The notes under the pieces: model-generated
Seen by the model: only the letters and a program-made list of their open reading frames with translations
Databases searched by the model: none
Told to the model about the DNA's origin: nothing
Translations under genes and position numbers: made by a program
Shown here: positions 56,801 through 64,000 of the stretch, in pieces
Numbering within the stretch: position 1 is the stretch's first letter
How the letters are laid out: each line of letters begins with the position of its first letter
Assembly: GCA_964057225.1 (NCBI GenBank)
Contig: OZ059897.1
Coordinates: 19,654,001 to 19,718,000, forward strand
Direction of reading: 5' to 3'
Length of the DNA stretch: 64,000 nt
DNA from: Auanema rhodensis
Lineage: Eukaryota; Animalia; Nematoda

Positions 56801-58610
56801 TTTAAGCTAGCGCAAATCTGATAACACAGATCGACGCAGCTTAAAAATCCGCATCGAATGCACTATACTACATTGAGAAACGCTTAATACAAAAATTAGT
56901 TATGATCGTTTGAAAAATGATGCATTAGTGTATGTTGAGTTTCCATGTACACTCAACATTGCTTCCAAAAACATTTTGACAAAAATTTTTTCGAAAAATT
57001 TCAAAATAATTTAGCAAAAAGTAGATGTTTTTAGATTCCTTTTTTCAAGGCAAAGACGATGGACAATGTGATTCAACGAAAAAATTATTTCTTCAGGGTG
57101 AAAATCGAGGATATAAGTGTGAACTTATATCAGTTGATATCTCGGTGCATTTTTAAGCTAGCGCAAATCTGATAACACAGATCGACGCAGCTTAAAAATC
57201 CGCATCGAATGCACTATACTACATTGAGAAACGCTTAATACAAAAATTAGTTATGATCGTTTGAAAAATGATGCATTAGTGTATGTTGAGTTTCCATGTA
57301 CACTCAACATTGCTTCCAAAAACATTTTGACAAAAATTTTTTCGAAAAATTTCAAAATAATTTAGCAAAAAGTAGATGTTTTTAGATTCCATTTTTCAAG
57401 GCAAAGACGATAGACAATGTTATTCAACGAAAAAATTAATTCTTCAGGGTGAAAATCGAGGATATAAGTGTGAACTTATATCAGTTGATATCTCGGTGCA
57501 TTTTTAAGCTAGCTCAAATCTGATAACACAGATCGACGCAGCTTAAAAATCCGCATCGAATGCACTATACTACATTGAGAAACGCTTAATACAAAAATTA
57601 GTTATGATCGTTTGAAAAATGATGCATTAGTGTATGTTGAGTTTCCATGTACACTCAACATTGCTTCCAAAAACATTTTGACAAAAATTTTTTCGAAAAA
57701 TTTCAAAATAATTTAGCAAAAAGTAGATGTTTTTAGATTCCATTTTTCAAGGCAAAGACGATGGACAATGTTATTCAACGAAAAAATTAATTCTTCAGGG
57801 TGAAAATCGAGGATATAAGTGTGAACTTATATCAGTTGATATCTCGGTGCATTTTTAAGCTAGCGCAAATCTGATAACACAGATCGACGCAGCTTAAAAA
57901 TCCGCATCGAATGCACTATACTACATTGAGAAACGCTTAATACAAAAATTAGTTATGATCGTTTGAAAAATGATGCATTAGTGTATGTTGAGTTTCCATG
58001 TACACTCAACATTGCTTCCAAAAACATTTTGACAAAAATTTTTTTGAAAAAATTCAAAATAATTTAGCAAAAAGTAGATGTTTTTAGATTCCTTTTTTCA
58101 AGGCAAAGACGATGGACAATGTTATTCAACGAAAAAATTATTTCTTCAGGGTGAAAATCGAGGATATAAGTGTGAACTTATATCAGTTGATATCTCGGTG
58201 CATTTTTAAGCTAGCGCAAATCTGATAACACAGATCGACGCAGCTTAAAAATCCGCATCGAATGCACTATACTACATTGAGAAACGCTTAATACAAAAAT
58301 TAGTTATGATCGTTTGAAAAATGATGCATTAGTGTATGTTGAGTTTCCATGTACACTCAACATTGCTTCCAAAAACATTTTGACAAAAATTTTTTCGAAA
58401 AATTTCAAAATAATTTAGCAAAAAGTAGATGTTTTTAGATTCCTTTTTTCAAGGCAAAGACGATGGACAATGTGATTCAACGAAAAAATTATTTCTTCAG
58501 GGTGAAAATCGAGGATATAAGTGTGAACTTATATCAGTTGATATCTCGGTGCATTTTTAAGCTAGCGCAAATCTGATAACACAGATCGACGCAGCTTAAA
58601 AATCCGCATC
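50889..58610. repeat. Recurrent 4-monomer core reiterated with 6-, 8- and 4-monomer spacing
   Basis: The core GATAG / consensus / T7GA6 / AATGTGATTC starts at 50889, 52995, 55803 and 57207. The variant AGCTCAAA is in the monomers at 54399 and 57207. Confidence 0.8.
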
Positions 58611-60365
58611 GAATGCACTATACTACATTGAAAAACGCTTGATACAAAAATTAGTTATGATCTTTTGAAAAATGATGCATTAGTGTATGTTGAGTTTCCA
58701 TGTACACTCAACATTGCTTCCAAAAACATTTTGACAAAAATTTTTTCGAAAAATTTCAAAATAATTTAGCAAAAAGTAGATGTTTTTAGATTCCATTTCT
58801 CAAGGCAAAGACGATAGACAATGTTATTCAACGAAAAAATTAATTCTTCAGGGTGAAAATCGAGGATATAAGTGTGAACTTATATCAGTTGATATCTCGG
58901 TGCATTTTTAAGCTAGCGCAAATCTGATAACACAGATCGACGCAGCTTAAAAATCCGCATCGAATGCACTATACTACATTGAGAAACGCTTAATACAAAA
59001 ATTAGTTATGATCGTTTGAAAAATGATGCATTAGTGTATGTTGAGTTTCCATGTACACTCAACATTGCTTCCAAAAACATTTTGACAAAAATTTTTTCGA
59101 AAAATTTCAAAATAATTTAGCAAAAAGTAGATGTTTTTATATTCCATTTTTCAAGGCAAAGACGATAGACAATGTTATTCAACGAAAAAATCAATTCTTC
59201 AGGGTGAAAATCGAGGATATAAGTGTGAACTTATATCAGTTGATATCTCGGTGCATTTTTAAGCTAGCGCAAATCTGATAACACAGATCGACGCAGCTTA
59301 AAAATCCGCATCGAATGCACTATACTACATTGAGAAACGCTTAATACAAAAATTAGTTATGATCGTTTGAAAAATGATGCATTAGTGTATGTTGAGTTTC
59401 CATGTACACTCAACATTGCTTCCAAAAACATTTTGACAAAAATTTTTTCGAAAAATTTCAAAATAATTTAGCAAAAAGTAGATGTTTTTATATTCCATTT
59501 TTCAAGGCAAAGACGATAGACAATGTTATTCAACGAAAAAATTAATTCTTCAGGGTGAAAATCGAGGATATAAGTGTGAACTTATATCAGTTGATATCTC
59601 GGTGCATTTTTAAGCTAGCGCAAATCTGATAACACAGATCGACGCAGCTTAAAAATCCGCATCGAATGCACTATACTACATTGAGAAACGCTTAATACAA
59701 AAATTAGTTATGATCGTTTGAAAAATGATGCATTAGTGTATGTTGAGTTTCCATGTACACTCAACATTGCTTCCAAAAACATTTTGACAAAAATTTTTTC
59801 GAAAAATTTCAAAATAATTTAGCAAAAAGTAGATGTTTTTATATTCCATTTTTCAAGGCAAAGACGATAGACAATGTTATTCAACGAAAAAATTAATTCT
59901 TCAGGGTGAAAATCGAGGATATAAGTGTGAACTTATATCAGTTGATATCTCGGTGCATTTTTAAGCTAGCGCAAATCTGATAACACAGATCGACGCAGCT
60001 TAAAAATCCGCATCGAATGCACTATACTACATTGAGAAACGCTTAATACAAAAATTAGTTATGATCGTTTGAAAAATGATGCATTAGTGTATGTTGAGTT
60101 TCCATGTACACTCAACATTGCTTCCAAAAACATTTTGACAAAAATTTTTTCGAAAAATTTCAAAATAATTTAGCAAAAAGTAGATGTTTTTAGATTCCTT
60201 TTTTCAAGGCAAAGACGATGGACAATGTTATTCAACGAAAAAATTATTTCTTCAGGGTGAAAATCGAGGATATAAGTGTGAACTTATATCAGTTGATATC
60301 TCGGTGCATTTTTAAGCTAGCGCAAATCTGATAACACAGATCGACGCAGCTTAAAAATCCGCATC

Positions 60366-61769
60366 GAATGCACTATACTACATTGAGAAACGCTTAATAC
60401 AAAAATTAGTTATGATCGTTTGAAAAATGATGCATTAGTGTATGTTGAGTTTCCATGTACACTCAACATTGCTTCCAAAAACATTTTGACAAAAATTTTT
60501 TCGAAAAATTTCAAAATAATTTAGCAGAAAGTAGATGTTTTTAGATTCCATTTTTCAAGGCAAAGACGATGGACAATGTTATTCAACGAAAAAATTAATT
60601 CTTCAGGGTGAAAATCGAGGATATAAGTGTGAACTTATATCAGTTGATATCTCGGTGCATTTTTAAGCTAGCGCAAATCTGATAACACAGATCGACGCAG
60701 CTTAAAAATCCGCATCGAATGCACTATACTACATTGAGAAACGCTTAATACAAAAATTAGTTATGATCGTTTGAAAAATGATGCATTAGTGTATGTTGAG
60801 TTTCCATGTACACTCAACATTGCTTCCAAAAACATTTTGACAAAAATTTTTTCGAAAAATTTCAAAATAATTTAGCAGAAAGTAGATGTTTTTAGATTCC
60901 ATTTTTCAAGGCAAAGACGATGGACAATGTTATTCAACGAAAAAATTAATTCTTCAGGGTGAAAATCGAGGATATAAGTGTGAACTTATATCAGTTGATA
61001 TCTCGGTGCATTTTTAAGCTAGCGCAAATCTGATAACACAGATCGACGCAGCTTAAAAATCCGCATCGAATGCACTATACTACATTGAGAAACGCTTAAT
61101 ACAAAAATTAGTTATGATCGTTTGAAAAATGATGCATTAGTGTATGTTGAGTTTCCATGTACACTCAACATTGCTTCCAAAAACATTTTGACAAAAATTT
61201 TTTCGAAAAATTTCAAAATAATTTAGCAGAAAGTAGATGTTTTTAGATTCCATTTTTCAAGGCAAAGACGATGGACAATGTTATTCAACGAAAAAATTAA
61301 TTCTTCAGGGTGAAAATCGAGGATATAAGTGTGAACTTATATCAGTTGATATCTCGGTGCATTTTTAAGCTAGCGCAAATCTGATAACACAGATCGACGC
61401 AGCTTAAAAATCCGCATCGAATGCACTATACTACATTGAGAAACGCTTAATACAAAAATTAGTTATGATCGTTTGAAAAATGATGCATTAGTGTATGTTG
61501 AGTTTCCATGTACACTCAACATTGCTTCCAAAAACATTTTGACAAAAATTTTTTCGAAAAATTTCAAAATAATTTAGCAGAAAGTAGATGTTTTTAGATT
61601 CCATTTTTCAAGGCAAAGACGATGGACAATGTTATTCAACGAAAAAATTAATTCTTCAGGGTGAAAATCGAGGATATAAGTGTGAACTTATATCAGTTGA
61701 TATCTCGGTGCATTTTTAAGCTAGCGCAAATCTGATAACACAGATCGACGCAGCTTAAAAATCCGCATC
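60366..61769. repeat. Run of four apparently identical GCAGAAAG-variant monomers
   Basis: A163G is present in the monomers at 60366, 60717, 61068 and 61419, with no other differences seen. Confidence 0.85.
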
Positions 61770-64000
61770 GAATGCACTATACTACATTGAGAAACGCTTA
61801 ATACAAAAATTAGTTATGATCGTTTGAAAAATGATGCATTAGTGTATGTTGAGTTTCCATGTACACTCAACATTGCTTCCAAAAACATTTTGACAAAAAT
61901 TTTTTTGAAAAAATTCAAAATAATTTAGCAAAAAGTAGATGTTTTTAGATTCCTTTTTTCAAAGCAAAGACGATGGACAATGTTATTCAACGAAAAAATT
62001 ATTTCTTCAGGGTGAAAATCGAGGATATAAGTGTGAACTTATATCAGTTGATATCTCGGTGCATTTTTAAGCTAGCGCAAATCTGATAACACAGATCGAC
62101 GCAGCTTAAAAATCCGCATCGAATGCACTATACTACATTGAAAAACGCTTGATACAAAATTAGTTATGATCTTTTGAAAAATGATGCATTAGTGTATGTT
62201 GAGTTTCCATGTACACTCAACATTGCTTCCAAAAACATTTTGACAAAAATTTTTTCGAAAAATTTCAAAATAATTTAGCAAAAAGTAGATGTTTTTAGAT
62301 TCCATTTTTCAAGGCAAAGACGATGGACAATGTTATTCAACGAAAAAATTAATTCTTCAGGGTGAAAATCGAGGATATAAGTGTGAACTTATATCAGTTG
62401 ATATCTCGGTGCATTTTTAAGCTAGCGCAAATCTGATAACACAGATCGACGCAGCTTAAAAATCCGCATCGAATGCACTATACTACATTGAGAAACGCTT
62501 AATACAAAAATTAGTTATGATCGTTTGAAAAATGATGCATTAGTGTATGTTGAGTTTCCATGTACACTCAACATTGCTTCCAAAAACATTTTGACAAAAA
62601 TTTTTTCGAAAAATTTCAAAATAATTTAGCAAAAAGTAGATGTTTTTAGATTCCATTTTTCAAGGCAAAGACGATAGACAATGTTATTCAACGAAAAAAT
62701 TAATTCTTCAGGGTGAAAATCGAGGATATAAGTGTGAACTTATATCAGTTGATATCTCGGTGCATTTTTAAGCTAGCGCAAATCTGATAACACAGATCGA
62801 CGCAGCTTAAAAATCCGCATCGAATGCACTTTACTACATTGAGAAACGCTTAATACAAAAATTAGTTATGATTGTTTGAAAAATGATGCATTAGTGTATG
62901 TTGAGTTTCCATGTACACTCAACATTGCTTCCAAAAACATTTTGACAAAAATTTTTTCGAAAAATTTCAAAATAATTTAGCAAAAAGTAGATGTTTTTAG
63001 ATTCCATTTTTCAAGGCAAAGACGATGGACAATGTTATTCAACGAAAAAATTAATTCTTCAGGGTGAAAATCGAGGATATAAGTGTGAACTTATATCAGT
63101 TGATATCTCGGTGCATTTTTAAGCTAGCGCAAATCTGATAACACAGATCGACGCAGCTTAAAAATCCGCATCGAATGCACTATACTACATTGAGAAACGC
63201 TTAATACAAAAATTAGTTATGATCGTTTGAAAAATGATGCATTAGTGTATGTTGAGTTTCCATGTACACTCAACATTGCTTCCAAAAACATTTTGACAAA
63301 AATTTTTTTGAAAAAATTCAAAATAATTTAGCAAAAAGTAGATGTTTTTAGATTCCTTTTTTCAAGGCAAAGACAATGGACAATGTTATTCAACGAAAAA
63401 ATTATTTCTTCAGGGTGAAAATCGAGGATATAAGTGTGAACTTATATCAGTTGATATCTCGGTGCATTTTTAAGCTAGCGCAAATCTGATAACACAGATC
63501 GACGCAGCTTAAAAATCCGCATCGAATGCACTATACTACATTGAGAAACGCTTAATACAAAATATAGTTATGATCGTTTGAAAAATGATGCATTAGTGTA
63601 TGTTGAGTTTCCATGTACACTCAACATTGCTTCCAAAAACATTTTGACAAAAATTTTTTCGAAAAATTTCAAAATAATTTAGCAAAAAGTAGATGTTTTT
63701 AGATTCCATTTTTCAAGGCAAAGACGATAGACAATGTTATTCAACGAAAAAATTAATTCTTCAGGGTGAAAATCGAGGATATAAGTGTGAACTTATATCA
63801 GTTGATATCTCGGTGCATTTTTAAGCTAGCGCAAATCTGATAACACAGATCGACGCAGCTTAAAAATCCGCATCGAATGCACTATACTACATTGAGAAAC
63901 GCTTAATACAAAAATTAGTTATGATCGTTTGAAAAATGATGCATTAGTGTATGTTGAGTTTCCATGTACACTCAACATTGCTTCCAAAAACATTTTGACA

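Larger units (their letters stand above)
1..64000. repeat. Tandem satellite DNA array, 351-bp monomer, ~182.4 copies, head-to-tail, continuing past both window edges
   Basis: GAATGCACTATACTACATTG recurs at 1, 352, 703, 1054 ... 7021, 14041, 21061, 28081 (exact multiples of 351). After eight 1-bp deletions the last copy starts at 63875 (1+182x351-8). There is no unique sequence anywhere. Confidence 0.99.

Noticed and set aside
1-64000. Giant repeat-protein gene (351 bp = 117 codons keeps frame between copies)
   Set aside because: The ORF track lists nothing longer than 75 aa on either strand, so no frame stays open across monomers, and eight copies shift frame.
1-64000. CRISPR array (regularly spaced palindromic repeats)
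   Set aside because: There are no unique spacers, the entire 351-bp unit is repeated, and there are no cas genes.

Overview
The whole window is one uninterrupted head-to-tail tandem array of an AT-rich (~31% GC by hand count) 351-bp satellite monomer. It holds 182 complete copies plus a 126-bp partial copy. Eight copies are 350 bp because of one shared 1-bp deletion. Copies differ by only a few substitutions. I found no genes, RNA genes, CRISPR array, transposon insertion or inversion; the four ORFs in the track are stop-loss variants of the monomer. The sequence looks like eukaryotic heterochromatic or (peri)centromeric satellite DNA, probably invertebrate because CpG is not depleted. I cannot name the family or organism. 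Two kinds of structure are real. First, the monomer contains four inverted repeats, including a ~67-nt imperfect hairpin across the monomer junction, and two variants improve palindrome symmetry. Second, diagnostic SNP haplotypes define short, local higher-order repeats (2-, 3-, 4-, 5-, 6-, 7-, 9- and 10-mers) that turn over along the array. I found no evidence for a new protein-coding or enzymatic system. Monomer numbering: M1 starts at base 1 (GAATGCACTA...), and 'pos' means position within a monomer. All variant calls were read by eye.
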